DNA from: an uncultured Thermoplasmata archaeon | Lineage (GTDB): Archaea; Thermoplasmatota; Thermoplasmata; Halarchaeoplasmatales; Halarchaeoplasmataceae | Assembly (NCBI GenBank): GCA_964399335.1 | Contig: CAYNQI010000010.1 | Location: 1-38,395 of the forward strand | Reading direction: 5' to 3' | Length of the DNA: 38,395 bases | Shown here: in pieces, positions 17,230 to 27,187 of the stretch | Numbering within the stretch: position 1 is the first letter of the stretch | Layout of the letters: each line of letters opens with the position of its first letter | Program-made: the position numbers and the translations under genes | Notes under the pieces: generated by a model | Seen by the model: the letters and a program-made list of their open reading frames with translations, nothing else | Databases searched by the model: none | Told to the model about the DNA's origin: nothing

Positions 17230-19149
17230 TTATTTATCAACAATTTTTACTCCACCAGGGGGTAATATATTTTGTATTTCCTGTACCGGTACTTCAAAGT
17301 GTTTTGACATTTCTTTTGCGAATTCGTTTTGGTCTTTTCTACCAGGTATGAACCTCACTTTTTTACCGGTCAAGTTCTCATCTTTATTTTTTAGCAATAA
17401 ACTTGGCGCACACATGATTTTTCTATGATTTTTATACTCTATTTCGATTAAAAAGGCTTCTAATGGGAGATTATCAATATAGTTTCTTTTTCCTCTTATA
17501 ACAAAAGCACCGGTTGGTAAAGATTCCCCGGCTTCCGCAGTTTTACTCACCTGACTAGGTTTTACCCAATAAGCTTGACCTGATGCTATCCCTCTTTTCC
17601 ATTCCTTAGAATGGATTAGTGCATACTGGCATGCTTCTAATAGTGAAGGTTCATCTATTCCGTTATCGTTCTTGACCACCACACTCGGAGCTCCACCAGC
17701 TTCTGCATGGGCATATCTAGAATCTCTTTCCATATACTTTTTAACAACTTCTTCATTGGTTTTGGTATCCTTACCGGCGATCACAATATTATTCTCGCTA
17801 GAAATGAACCATTTGTACTTATCGAACCAAAATTTTTCAGTAGGTTCAATTGTTTTTCGTTCTATCTTTTTAGCTTTACCTTCTTCTATCTGCTTCTTTG
17901 TTTCTTTTACAGCTTTTTTCGCACCTTCTAATTTTTTCTTTGACTTTTTACTTTTATTATAGTATTTTTGAGCATTTTCATTGACATCCTTTCTAAAATC
18001 TAATTTGACATTTTCATCTATTTTTTCGTCGTCAACTACTCCTTCTAAACTTATTATTATATATTCATCCTTATCGTTTATCTGGATAACATCATCTTTT
18101 TCCCTAAGCTTTTCATAAATCTCATCTCTATTTCCGCTATCTCGAGCTTTGTGTATAGTATTCAAAGCTTCTTCACATTCTTTGTAATTTTGATAAATTA
18201 TTTCAGCGATATTTTTGTTGTCAACTATACTTTCCTTTAAGTTCCCAACCGCTCTTTTTTGCTGTTCTAACTTTCTGTCCAATCTCGAATCTTCTTTCTG
18301 TTCTTTTTCAATTTTTTCTTCAGGTTTGGGAATAGCTATATCCAGCGCTTTATTATATGAGTCTGCTTCTTCAACTTCATATTCCGTGTATATAGATAAA
18401 GGAAAAGGAACCGCATCGACGATTCCATCCTTATCTCTAACTATAAGCGGACTTAATCCATCTTCATCAACTACTTTTTTCTTTAAATCATTTATGATCT
18501 CTATTATATCTTCAGCGTACTCCATGAATTCTTCTGAATTTTTATCAATGTTTAACCGAGAACATATTTCTTCTGAATATTTTCCACCTATATTTAAATC
18601 AACAGCAAGGGTCCGAACAAGGTCTTTATCAGACTCATCTAATACTTGTATAAGCTCTTCCCTTGTAATATTTAAAGGGTTAAGTCTTTGAGGTGGAAAT
18701 TTGTAGGTCTCGCCTTTTTTTAACTCTCGATGACTCCATGATTCTGATCGATAGGGTAGTAAAATTTTATCCTCACCATCCAGTATAAGATTCCCTTTTC
18801 CAAATACCTCAAAAATCAATCTAAATTTTTTTCTTTTTCTAAGTTCTATAACTACAACTCTATCAAATTCATGTTGGTATATATCAGTGATACTAGCATT
18901 ACCGATGTATTTTCGGATAAGCATGATGAAATCACCTGGACGCATCGGATTATCCCTATCTTCCTCAGTCAAATACAACGCTTTTCCGATCCTAAATATC
19001 AACATTTTTTTTCCTACACCAGGAACATGTATTCTGAAAAGTAATTCTTTTTTATTTGGTCGATATATTTTCTGCATATACCCCCCCATCAAACTTTTCA
19101 GTTCATTGACTACTGCTGAAATTTCAAGAGACTCCATCTCTTCTTTCAT
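17230..19149 (-). CDS. rqcH: Ribosome rescue / quality-control protein Rqc2 (NEMF/RqcH family)
   Basis: NFACT N-terminus (QKIY, RKYIGNA, QHEFDRVV), coiled coil, NFACT-R WFDKYKWFISS...AGKD, GAFVIRGKRNY. Confidence 0.92.
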   Translation of the reverse strand: MKEEMESLEISAVVNELKSLMGGYMQKIYRPNKKELLFRIHVPGVGKKMLIFRIGKALYLTEEDRDNPMRPGDFIMLIRKYIGNASITDIYQHEFDRVVVIELRKRKKFRLIFEVFGKGNLILDGEDKILLPYRSESWSHRELKKGETYKFPPQRLNPLNITREELIQVLDESDKDLVRTLAVDLNIGGKYSEEICSRLNIDKNSEEFMEYAEDIIEIINDLKKKVVDEDGLSPLIVRDKDGIVDAVPFPLSIYTEYEVEEADSYNKALDIAIPKPEEKIEKEQKEDSRLDRKLEQQKRAVGNLKESIVDNKNIAEIIYQNYKECEEALNTIHKARDSGNRDEIYEKLREKDDVIQINDKDEYIIISLEGVVDDEKIDENVKLDFRKDVNENAQKYYNKSKKSKKKLEGAKKAVKETKKQIEEGKAKKIERKTIEPTEKFWFDKYKWFISSENNIVIAGKDTKTNEEVVKKYMERDSRYAHAEAGGAPSVVVKNDNGIDEPSLLEACQYALIHSKEWKRGIASGQAYWVKPSQVSKTAEAGESLPTGAFVIRGKRNYIDNLPLEAFLIEIEYKNHRKIMCAPSLLLKNKDENLTGKKVRFIPGRKDQNEFAKEMSKHFEVPVQEIQNILPPGGVKIVDK

Positions 19150-19275
19150 GTTAAATCATACAAAACATTAGGTTTTAAGTTTTTTTACATGTGATTAAAA
19201 TTTTAATTGATTATTTAATGATAGGAAACACAAATATTAAATTCATCTTTTGTATTTTAAGATTGGAGGATCAAT

Positions 19276-19914
19276 ATGAGGATAAGATGGCATGGACATT
19301 CATGTTTTGAAATAGAGAACACAGTGGTGGTCGTAACTGACCCCCATGACGGAAGGAATATAGGTATCAGAGAACCTAATGTAAAAGGAGACATTATCTT
19401 AGTTAGTCATGATCATTTTGACCATAATGCTGTAAGATTAGTGGAAAAGACTGATACTGAAGTTCTAGATGGATCCGGGGAATATGAAAAAGCCAATGTA
19501 AAAATAGAGGGTTTGAAAACCTATCATGATGAAGATGAGGGGAAAAAAAGAGGAGAGAACATCATATTCAAATTTGAAACTGAGGGAATAAAATTTTGTC
19601 ACCTCGGAGATTTAGGTCACGCTTTGGACGATGAAACGATAGAACAAATTAAACCCATCGATTTTCTATTTATCCCAGTTGGTGGAACTTTCACAATTGG
19701 TCCCAAGGAAGCTGCAGAATTAGTAGAAAAAATAGAACCTAGTATTGCGATACCAATGCATTTTAAAGTCGGCGGTCTTTCTTTAGATATAAAAGGTGTT
19801 CAACCATTCTTAGATCAATATCCCGAAGAAAAAATACACAAAGTGGGTGTAGAATTAGACTTTTTAAAAACAGATTTACCTGAAGAAACTGAAGTCTGGG
19901 TATTTTCACTTTGA
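19276..19914 (+). CDS. MBL-fold metallo-hydrolase
   Basis: WHGHSCF, SHDHFDHN, HLGDLGH, IPMHF. Confidence 0.9.
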   Translation: MRIRWHGHSCFEIENTVVVVTDPHDGRNIGIREPNVKGDIILVSHDHFDHNAVRLVEKTDTEVLDGSGEYEKANVKIEGLKTYHDEDEGKKRGENIIFKFETEGIKFCHLGDLGHALDDETIEQIKPIDFLFIPVGGTFTIGPKEAAELVEKIEPSIAIPMHFKVGGLSLDIKGVQPFLDQYPEEKIHKVGVELDFLKTDLPEETEVWVFSL

Positions 19915-19916
19915 AA

Positions 19917-20567
19917 TTAATCTAAGTAACCAAGACCTTCTTCAATTCTCCCCATCTCTATAGGTGTCGTTCTGTTCCCAATAACTGCGCCCTTAGTATT
20001 GGCTACTAAGCAAGTACCGATCCAAGCAGAACCGTGGTTTGCCGTTGTTTTCATCACGGGAACATCGAATAATTCTTCCATCATCTTTTGTTCGTCTTCT
20101 TTAACATGGGGGTGGCAAAGGATACCTTTATTTGTAGCAACTGCCACTGAACCTACCATCTCAATACCGGCTATATTTCCTCTTTTAACCGGAACTTCTA
20201 AAAAAGATTTTAATGTTTCCTCAGTTTTTTTATGAAGTTCTGGATGTATCAATGCACCATAATCATTCATTAAAATATTATTACCTAGAGCATTAAAGTT
20301 GTCTGGTACTAATGTTACATCTGTGTAATCTAATAATGGTTCTATTTCCCTCTTCTCGGCTATATCTGATACCACAATTCCATTAGAGTTTGCGGCCATC
20401 AAAGAACCGATTACTCTAGTACCACCTACAGTAGTGCTAACTACTGGAGTTTCCATCGCTTCTTCAAACACCTCTTTTTCAACTAGTGGAATAATAGAAA
20501 GTTCTTCAGTAGCAACAGAAAAAACGCCGATATACGGTTTCTGGTCTATTGCATGTTTTTTTAGCAT
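19917..20567 (-). CDS. eif6: Translation initiation factor 6 (aIF6)
   Basis: ALGNNILMNDYGALIHP, VGSVAVATNKG, CLVANTKGAVIG...TTPIEMGRIEE. Confidence 0.95.
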   Translation of the reverse strand: MLKKHAIDQKPYIGVFSVATEELSIIPLVEKEVFEEAMETPVVSTTVGGTRVIGSLMAANSNGIVVSDIAEKREIEPLLDYTDVTLVPDNFNALGNNILMNDYGALIHPELHKKTEETLKSFLEVPVKRGNIAGIEMVGSVAVATNKGILCHPHVKEDEQKMMEELFDVPVMKTTANHGSAWIGTCLVANTKGAVIGNRTTPIEMGRIEEGLGYLD

Positions 20568-20570
20568 GGA

Positions 20571-20837
20571 TTACTCTCTCGGTATTGAAACTTCAACTAT
20601 ACCATCTTCGAACTTGATAGCTCTTACCTTTATTTTTGATGGGGGTTTTTTAACTCCTCTTTTCCATATCTCCTCATTTGTAGTTGAGTCTATCCACACA
20701 TCTTCTGATGGAACATCCATATGCTTCGATACAAATTCTCTTACTGATTTCATCGCTAAAGAAGCCCTTTTACTAGCAGGAGAATTTTTAACCTTATTTA
20801 AAGGGATATTCATGATTCTCTCTTCTTGGTCTACCAT
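20571..20837 (-). CDS. rpl31e: 50S ribosomal protein L31e
   Basis: ERIMNIPL, KRASLAM, IWKRGVKKPPSKIKV. Confidence 0.95.
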   Translation of the reverse strand: MVDQEERIMNIPLNKVKNSPASKRASLAMKSVREFVSKHMDVPSEDVWIDSTTNEEIWKRGVKKPPSKIKVRAIKFEDGIVEVSIPRE

Positions 20838-20861
20838 ATCCTCACCTTCTTAAAAATTTAA

Positions 20862-21017
20862 TTACTCGTCTAAATCATCCCTGCGCCAGTTTCTTCTTTT
20901 AGGATGTCGAGTAAACCTTCTATTGGTTCTCTGCATTACCCATGCAGGCACACGTTTATTTTCTTTGCCTTTCTTCAGCAATCTTCTTTTCTTTGGTCCT
21001 GGTTTATTGCTTGACAT
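20862..21017 (-). CDS. rpl39e: 50S ribosomal protein L39e (51 aa; not in ORF track)
   Basis: Manual translation [51 protein letters not shown]. Canonical position between PDCD5 and L31e. Confidence 0.96.
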   Translation of the reverse strand: MSSNKPGPKKRRLLKKGKENKRVPAWVMQRTNRRFTRHPKRRNWRRDDLDE

Positions 21018-21020
21018 GAT

Positions 21021-21350
21021 TTATCTCCTTTTAATATTGATATCTTTTTTCTTGCCTGTTATCTTTTTTAACAGTTCTTTTAAAGTTTTATCTGTGATTT
21101 TACCTTGAATTGCCCCGCGTTGGGCCAGCATTATTATCTGAGATTCTATATTCTCTGCTATCTCAGGCCTTGCAACCCTTACTCTCCCTAACCTTTCTCT
21201 AGCTTCAGGGGTCATCAACTGTCTGAGTATAGCTTTTTTCTGTGCCTCAAATTGTTCTTCTGATCTTTCTTGTTCCTCTGAGGCTTCACTTTGCTCTTTA
21301 AGTTGTTGAAGTTTTTGTTTTTTAATCTTCTCTAACTCTTCTTCATCCAT
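21021..21350 (-). CDS. PDCD5-family DNA-binding protein
   Basis: LRQLMTPEARERL..., IDDxxL-like ITDKTLKELL, DINIKRR; conserved operon position. Confidence 0.93.
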   Translation of the reverse strand: MDEEELEKIKKQKLQQLKEQSEASEEQERSEEQFEAQKKAILRQLMTPEARERLGRVRVARPEIAENIESQIIMLAQRGAIQGKITDKTLKELLKKITGKKKDINIKRR

Positions 21351-21362
21351 AATACCTTACCT

Positions 21363-21815
21363 TTAGAGATATTTAGTCAATTCAGGATCATCTTCAGCCA
21401 TCTTTTTTAATATCTCATAAGCGGTATTATCTAATAAAGCCTGTCCTTCAGATGTGATAATTCTACCTTTCTTTTCTTTTTTAACAAGGTTCTCATTTTC
21501 CAGCTGTTTAAGAGCTGTTCTCACAACTGAACCAGATCCCTTTGCTACTTTACTCGGCTTCGAGCCTCTTTCTTGCTTCCCTCCATATTTTCCTCTAAGC
21601 TTTGATATACCTACAGGTCCTTTGGTATAAACACTTCTTAGTATGGCGGATACTCTAACATACCACCAATCTTCCTCTAAGGGTGCTTTTTCTTTATGGA
21701 TCCCTGTTTTAACATATGGGGCCCAACCAGGACTCTCTATGTTATCCATATCTTTCAGCTTTTTGCTTACATCTTCTACCAATTTATTTGGAGGGACGTC
21801 GTATACTGTGACCAT
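21363..21815 (-). CDS. rps19e: 30S ribosomal protein S19e
   Basis: TVYDVPP, WAPYVKTG, DWWYVRVSAILR, GSGSVVRTALKQLE. Confidence 0.97.
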   Translation of the reverse strand: MVTVYDVPPNKLVEDVSKKLKDMDNIESPGWAPYVKTGIHKEKAPLEEDWWYVRVSAILRSVYTKGPVGISKLRGKYGGKQERGSKPSKVAKGSGSVVRTALKQLENENLVKKEKKGRIITSEGQALLDNTAYEILKKMAEDDPELTKYL

Positions 21816-21906
21816 AATGTATTACACTCCAGCGAACTCAATATATGAACTTATTTAAAGGTTGTTATTAAATGTTTTCCTAAAACATGTAAAATAAAGT
21901 AAAAAG

Positions 21907-22809
21907 TTACTTGTATAAATCACCTTTCATTCTTGGTAATAATGCCTCAACCAGTGCAGATTTTATATATCCTTTTTTTCCGATCCCGCCATTGGGTACC
22001 ATGTCTATTGTGTTAATATCCCCCTCTGAATCGTCTTTGAACAATTTTATCGAATTAAATAGCTCAATTTTATTTTTAGATCGATCCCAATCATCTGGAA
22101 CTCGTAATCCAGGGCTGTTACCACTAGATGAAAAGCCTAGTTTATCTTTGATTACTGCTTTTTCCATGATAAATTGGCCTTTCCCGATATCTACATTTTT
22201 TAGAGTCAAATCTATTTTATAATCAAAACCTTTGGATATATTATTAAGTTTTTTATTCAGGCTTTTATTTCTCTTACTTATATCACAATCAAAAAAACCG
22301 CGCATGAGCTCTTTCACAGCCTCATATTCTTCCGGCTCTTTATACTCTAATATTATTTTCACTGGTTGTAACCTATCCCCATATTCGTTTATCTCACCAT
22401 TTCTGATCCTTGTTGAACTAATAGGTAAAAAGTCTTCTGCAACAACTGGTTTTACCTCGATGATTTTCAAAGGTTCTTTCCCTATCTCTTCTCTTCTCTT
22501 ATTGATCTCTTCTCCACGTTCTTTTGTTTCCGAAGAAACAACCAATGTATCAAAATCCCCTTCTACTGCTTTTTTGTAAGGATCTGAGATTCTTACAATT
22601 TCCCAATTTCCTTTATCAAGAAGAAAATTTTCCAGATTCTTTTTTCTCTCTTCATATGTTTTTTTAACTTCTGGTTTCCACTCTTCCAACATCTCATCGG
22701 AAACTAATCCTATAGTAACGTTTCCTTCTTCTAATGCTTTCTCGATGAGTTTTACATGACCCATATGGATTTGGTCGAAAGTACCTCCCAATACTACTTT
22801 TTTAGGCAT
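21907..22809 (-). CDS. coaD: Phosphopantetheine adenylyltransferase fused to a degenerate YjjX/DUF84-like C-terminal domain
   Basis: GGTFDQIHMGH, LVVSSET, ISSTRIRNGEI; about 150 extra aa with SSGNSPGLRVP and SALVEALLP. Confidence 0.85.
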   Translation of the reverse strand: MPKKVVLGGTFDQIHMGHVKLIEKALEEGNVTIGLVSDEMLEEWKPEVKKTYEERKKNLENFLLDKGNWEIVRISDPYKKAVEGDFDTLVVSSETKERGEEINKRREEIGKEPLKIIEVKPVVAEDFLPISSTRIRNGEINEYGDRLQPVKIILEYKEPEEYEAVKELMRGFFDCDISKRNKSLNKKLNNISKGFDYKIDLTLKNVDIGKGQFIMEKAVIKDKLGFSSSGNSPGLRVPDDWDRSKNKIELFNSIKLFKDDSEGDINTIDMVPNGGIGKKGYIKSALVEALLPRMKGDLYK

Positions 22810-22810
22810 T

Positions 22811-22999
22811 TTACCAGATTCCGGATAACTGTAAAAATATCAAAACTAAAAGAACCGCAAGAAGTCCGTAAAATATGTAAGTTTTTTTCTTACGCTTTTC
22901 GATATAATCATTATACTCCTCCCTGCATTTTTCTGAGCAAAATTTTTCATCTAAAGGTACAGGTTTGCTACATATATGACAGTGGGTATGTGGTTCCAT
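22811..22999 (-). CDS. DUF2116-family Zn-ribbon membrane protein
   Basis: MEPHTHCHICSKPVPLDEKFCSEKC plus a C-terminal TM helix. Confidence 0.85.
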   Translation of the reverse strand: MEPHTHCHICSKPVPLDEKFCSEKCREEYNDYIEKRKKKTYIFYGLLAVLLVLIFLQLSGIW

Positions 23000-23042
23000 A
23001 TATATGTCAAGCAAGTTATGGTTTTAATTATTTTCCCAAACT

Positions 23043-24704
23043 TCATCTATGCCCGTATGAAACATTCCATGGAGATTTCTCAAGGATTTTCACGAATCCA
23101 TATCTCTCGAATTGTACTAAATCGTTCAATTCTACTTCTTCTATGTTTGTTTCAACGATACCTGTGTCGAAGCTTCCATCAGGTTTCTCAACTTCACATT
23201 TTTCTCCATCGGGAAGCCACTGGATCTTTAAAATATCTTTGTTTGCAACATCTGTAACATATCCTTTGTGTCCTTCGAGTTTTATATTACACAGGTTTTT
23301 CAATCGGACTTCTTTCCCTTCATTCTCGTTCCAATCTTTTTTAGATATGAACAATCTTTTCTCTACCTTAATTCTCCTATTCCCACGTTCCGAAAAATCA
23401 GGATGTCTAGGTATCTCAGCTTCATCGATATCTAAGTCTCCTATCAACTCGATCTCAACTGGATCTTTTACGAAAAAGTATCTATTAGCATCTTCGTCGA
23501 TAATTTCTCTATTTTTAGCATACAATTTAGAAGCAGGTACTTCGATATCTGTTTTTGACATTCCAAAATCCAAAATAAAGTCTCTAATAGCCTCTGGATG
23601 TATGCCTCTTCTTTCGAGAGACTGCAGAGACCATGTCCTAGGATCGTCCCAACCCCTTAGTTCTCCTTCTTTAATTTGTTGCTGGAACTCGCTTTTGCTT
23701 AACCTAACATCTCTTAATCTTAGCATTCCATAATGTAAAAATTCACACTTTTCCCAGCCAAAAAGATCCCATATATATTCTTCCATCTTATCTTCCATCA
23801 CAAGATCTTTGCCTCTCAAAATGTGAGTCATACCCAGTAAATGGTCATCGATGGCCCATGAAAACTCTAGTAAAGGCCAGACATGATACTTATCACCGAT
23901 TCTTGGATGTTTCTGATTAGATACTCTGAATAATACACGATCTCTAAAAGCCGGGTCTGGATACTGCATGTCAGTTTTCAATCTAACCGTGACTTCTCCT
24001 TCCTCGAACTCACCATCAAGCATCTTTTTCCATTCTTCAAGATTCTTATCAACACTTCTAGATCTATGCTCACATTCTATGCCTTTCTCACGGTTCTTTC
24101 TTAATTCGTCAGCACTGCATTCACAAACGTATGCTTCTCCCATCTCGATGATCTTTTGGCCATACTCGTAATAAATTTCCATCCTGTCAGATTTGTAATG
24201 AGTTTCATGCCATTCTACACCCAACCATTCTAGTCCCTCTTTGATCAAATCGAAAGCTTCGGTGAGTGGTTTCTTCTTTTCTGATCCGATGGTATCATCA
24301 TAAAATAAAACTAATTTACCATGGTTTCTTTTAACGTATTCATCGTTCAAAATCGCCATACGAGAATTACCGATGTGCAGCGGACCACTTGGATATGGGG
24401 CCATCCTCATCACTATATTGTCCCCCTCGATTTCAGGTAATCTGTCGATGTCTTCTTCTTCCTTTTCTTCAAAATATTCCGGCATCTTATTTTTTAGTTC
24501 ACTGGTTTGTTCTTCGAGAGATAATTTGTTAACCTCTTTTACAATCTTTTCGACAAGTTCTTTGGTGCCTGATGGATCTTTTCTACATTCCTCAGATTCA
24601 CCCATCACTTTACCCATAACGGGTCCAATTGTAGCATCCCCTTCGAATTTAACTGCGTTCTTCAAAGCGTATTTCCGGATCAATTCTGATCTTTCCACTG
24701 ACAT
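23043..24704 (-). CDS. gltX: Glutamate--tRNA ligase (archaeal type)
   Basis: RMAPYPSGPLHIGN, YDDT, THILRGKD, LSKS, WDDPR, QFERYGF. Confidence 0.96.
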   Translation of the reverse strand: MSVERSELIRKYALKNAVKFEGDATIGPVMGKVMGESEECRKDPSGTKELVEKIVKEVNKLSLEEQTSELKNKMPEYFEEKEEEDIDRLPEIEGDNIVMRMAPYPSGPLHIGNSRMAILNDEYVKRNHGKLVLFYDDTIGSEKKKPLTEAFDLIKEGLEWLGVEWHETHYKSDRMEIYYEYGQKIIEMGEAYVCECSADELRKNREKGIECEHRSRSVDKNLEEWKKMLDGEFEEGEVTVRLKTDMQYPDPAFRDRVLFRVSNQKHPRIGDKYHVWPLLEFSWAIDDHLLGMTHILRGKDLVMEDKMEEYIWDLFGWEKCEFLHYGMLRLRDVRLSKSEFQQQIKEGELRGWDDPRTWSLQSLERRGIHPEAIRDFILDFGMSKTDIEVPASKLYAKNREIIDEDANRYFFVKDPVEIELIGDLDIDEAEIPRHPDFSERGNRRIKVEKRLFISKKDWNENEGKEVRLKNLCNIKLEGHKGYVTDVANKDILKIQWLPDGEKCEVEKPDGSFDTGIVETNIEEVELNDLVQFERYGFVKILEKSPWNVSYGHR

Positions 24705-24777
24705 AATCTCCGGATTGTCATTGTTGATATATGTGTGTTTTCCCTCACTAAATATACGATATATTTATCTTAATAAG

Positions 24778-25212
24778 TTATTCATCAATAGGACAACAAT
24801 CCTTTCCACACTCTGGTATTTCATTCCCGTGTGGACATCTATTTGGCCTCCCTAACTCTTCACAGATTATGTCGATCATATCTTCGGTAAATATGTGCTC
24901 CATTTGACAAGCCTTTTCGTGTAATACCTCATCATCTAAAGAGAAATATTTTTTTAGAAAAACTTCAAGCACTCTATGACTTCTAACAATTCTTTTTCCC
25001 TCATTGTACCCTTTTTCAGTCAATTTTACACCGTAATAGGGGATATATTCTAGATAACCATCTTCTTCTAAAAGTGGAAGTACTTCAGTTACGGTAGGAG
25101 GTGAAACATCAAGGTGTTCAGCGATTTCTCCAGTCTTTATCTTATCTTTTTTCCCTTCTTCATACAGTTTATATAAAGTTTCTAAATATTCCTCTTTATT
25201 TTCTTTTCTCAT
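24778..25212 (-). CDS. DtxR/MntR-family metal-dependent transcriptional regulator
   Basis: EEYLETLY, HLDVSPPTVTE, LTEKG, HRVLEVFL, ACQMEH, CPHGNEIP. Confidence 0.92.
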   Translation of the reverse strand: MRKENKEEYLETLYKLYEEGKKDKIKTGEIAEHLDVSPPTVTEVLPLLEEDGYLEYIPYYGVKLTEKGYNEGKRIVRSHRVLEVFLKKYFSLDDEVLHEKACQMEHIFTEDMIDIICEELGRPNRCPHGNEIPECGKDCCPIDE

Positions 25213-25279
25213 CGATTAATTCAGTAATAATAAATATTTATAACTTTTGAATTAGAGCTAAATCTGTTTAAAAAATAGA

Positions 25280-25379
25280 TAGCGGGGAGTGGATTTGAAC
25301 CACTGGTCTCCGGGTTCCTCAGGTGCTTTATCATGCACCATATGAGCCCGACGGGTTTTCCTAGCTACCCTACCCCGCT
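25280..25379 (-). tRNA. Initiator tRNA-Met(CAT) with a 25-nt intron at 37/38 (25316-25340)
   Basis: AGCGGGG/CCCCGCT acceptor stem with A1-U72, GGG/CCC anticodon stem, CTCATA loop, T arm GGTTCAAATCC. Canonical bulge-helix-bulge (UAU bulge, CUCA/UGAG helix, GAA bulge). CCA is not encoded. Confidence 0.95.
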
Positions 25380-25477
25380 CTGTTGGTAAAATCAGGAACT
25401 ACTAACTTCTGGGATTCCTATATTAGGATGCATTTTATAAATCTTTCTATTACCTTAGCTTAATGAAATGATGCTCT

Positions 25478-27187
25478 TTAAGTTCTTTTAAACATCTTGT
25501 CTAGTTCTTTAGTTGTATAATTTATTATCGTTGGTCTTCCATGAGGGCAGGTATAAGGGTTCTCAGTTTTACTCAATTCTTGGATTATTTCTTTAGATCT
25601 AGTAAGTGATAAATTATCTCCTGCCATAACCGAAGACCTGCAAGCCATATATTTGATCAATTCCTCTTTCCTATCCTCTAAACTACTATTTTTTAAATCA
25701 GCTAATTCATCTAAAATAGAGTAAATTATCTCTTCTTCCTGTATCTCACCTAATACGACAGGTATAGTTCTTATTCTAAAAGTCGATTTACCAAAAGATT
25801 CAATTTTAAAACCGAGCTTTTCTAGTAGGTCTTTATTTGCCTTGATAAGAGCTGATTCCCTTGGTTTGACCTCGATTGTCTTGGGGGACAATAAATTTTG
25901 ACTTCCTATATCCTTTTCATATTTATTCATCAATCTTTCATAGTTTATTCTCTCGTGGGCTGCATGTTGATCTATCATAGATAGACCATCAGGAGTTTCT
26001 GCTAAGATATAAGAATCTTTGAATATCCCTATAATCTTCATCTCAGGTAATTTAGATGCCTCAACATCAACTTCTTCCTTTAAGTCAAGAGTACTTTGTG
26101 ATTGACTAAAACTATCTGAATGCACAACATCATCGGAATGTTTTTGTTCTTGTTCCTTCAGAACTTTTTCCACTTCTTTTTCGGGAGTCGGTACAAGATC
26201 GTGTTCTAAAAGTGAAGTTCTTACAGCATCCGCAACTTCTTTCTTAACTTTCTCTTCGTTTTGAAATCTTATTTTGGTTTTGGTAGGATGTACATTCACA
26301 TCGATATCATTTCCTGGAATTTTAAGATCGATCACCGTGATTGGATAACGTTTAGTTGGAAGAAGTGTCTTATATCCTTCCATCACACTGTCCTTTAAAA
26401 GAGCATTTTCTACGAATCTTCCATTTACGTAAGTATAGATATGTTTCCTATTTGATCTTGTAACTTCAGGTTTACTGAGAAAACCATCTATTGTAATATA
26501 GTCACTTTTATGGTTAATATGTACCATCTTTTTGGCGATATCGACACCATAAATCGATTTTATATTTTGTAATTTAGACTTAGCTTTTGGTACGAAAAAG
26601 ATCTCATTCCCATTATGATTTAATGTAAACTGTACATCTGGTTTGGATAGTGCATTTCTTGTGACAATGTTGGTTATATGGGCTAATTCTGTGTTTGTCT
26701 TGTTCAGATACTTTCTTCTAGCGGGTGTATTATAAAATAGGTCTTTTACTTCTATACTCGTCCCTACTGGGCACCCAACGGTATCTACACTTTGAATTTC
26801 ATCTCCATGGATTATGATCTTAACTCCTTCTAGATCCTTTTTTTGTTTGGTTTTAGCTTCGACTTTTGATATTGCAGCTATGCTAGGTAGAGCTTCACCT
26901 CTAAAACCTAAACTGCTTAGATCATCGAGATCATCGATATCATTTATCTTACTAGTAGCATGTTTTTTGAAGGCTAGTTCAACCTCTTCTTTTGACATAC
27001 CCGACCCATTATCCCTTACTAGAATACGATCCTTTCCACCATTCTCAACTTCAATATAAATCTCATCTGCACCAGCATCTAAAGAATTCTCTATAAGTTC
27101 TTTAACTACAGAAGCTGGTCGTTCGATCACTTCCCCTGCTGCAATTTGATTTACAGTCTGAGATGATAATTTTTTGATTCTAGACAT
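25478..27187 (-). CDS. mutL: DNA mismatch repair endonuclease MutL
   Basis: AAGEVIERPASVVKELIENSLDAGA, GFRGEALPSI, DVNVHPTK, DQHAAHERINYE, ACR, CPHGRP. Confidence 0.97.
   Translation of the reverse strand: MSRIKKLSSQTVNQIAAGEVIERPASVVKELIENSLDAGADEIYIEVENGGKDRILVRDNGSGMSKEEVELAFKKHATSKINDIDDLDDLSSLGFRGEALPSIAAISKVEAKTKQKKDLEGVKIIIHGDEIQSVDTVGCPVGTSIEVKDLFYNTPARRKYLNKTNTELAHITNIVTRNALSKPDVQFTLNHNGNEIFFVPKAKSKLQNIKSIYGVDIAKKMVHINHKSDYITIDGFLSKPEVTRSNRKHIYTYVNGRFVENALLKDSVMEGYKTLLPTKRYPITVIDLKIPGNDIDVNVHPTKTKIRFQNEEKVKKEVADAVRTSLLEHDLVPTPEKEVEKVLKEQEQKHSDDVVHSDSFSQSQSTLDLKEEVDVEASKLPEMKIIGIFKDSYILAETPDGLSMIDQHAAHERINYERLMNKYEKDIGSQNLLSPKTIEVKPRESALIKANKDLLEKLGFKIESFGKSTFRIRTIPVVLGEIQEEEIIYSILDELADLKNSSLEDRKEELIKYMACRSSVMAGDNLSLTRSKEIIQELSKTENPYTCPHGRPTIINYTTKELDKMFKRT

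Noticed and set aside
22756-23733. 325-aa plus-strand ORF
   Set aside because: Shadow of gltX and the DUF2116 gene; Ser/Phe-rich antisense composition.
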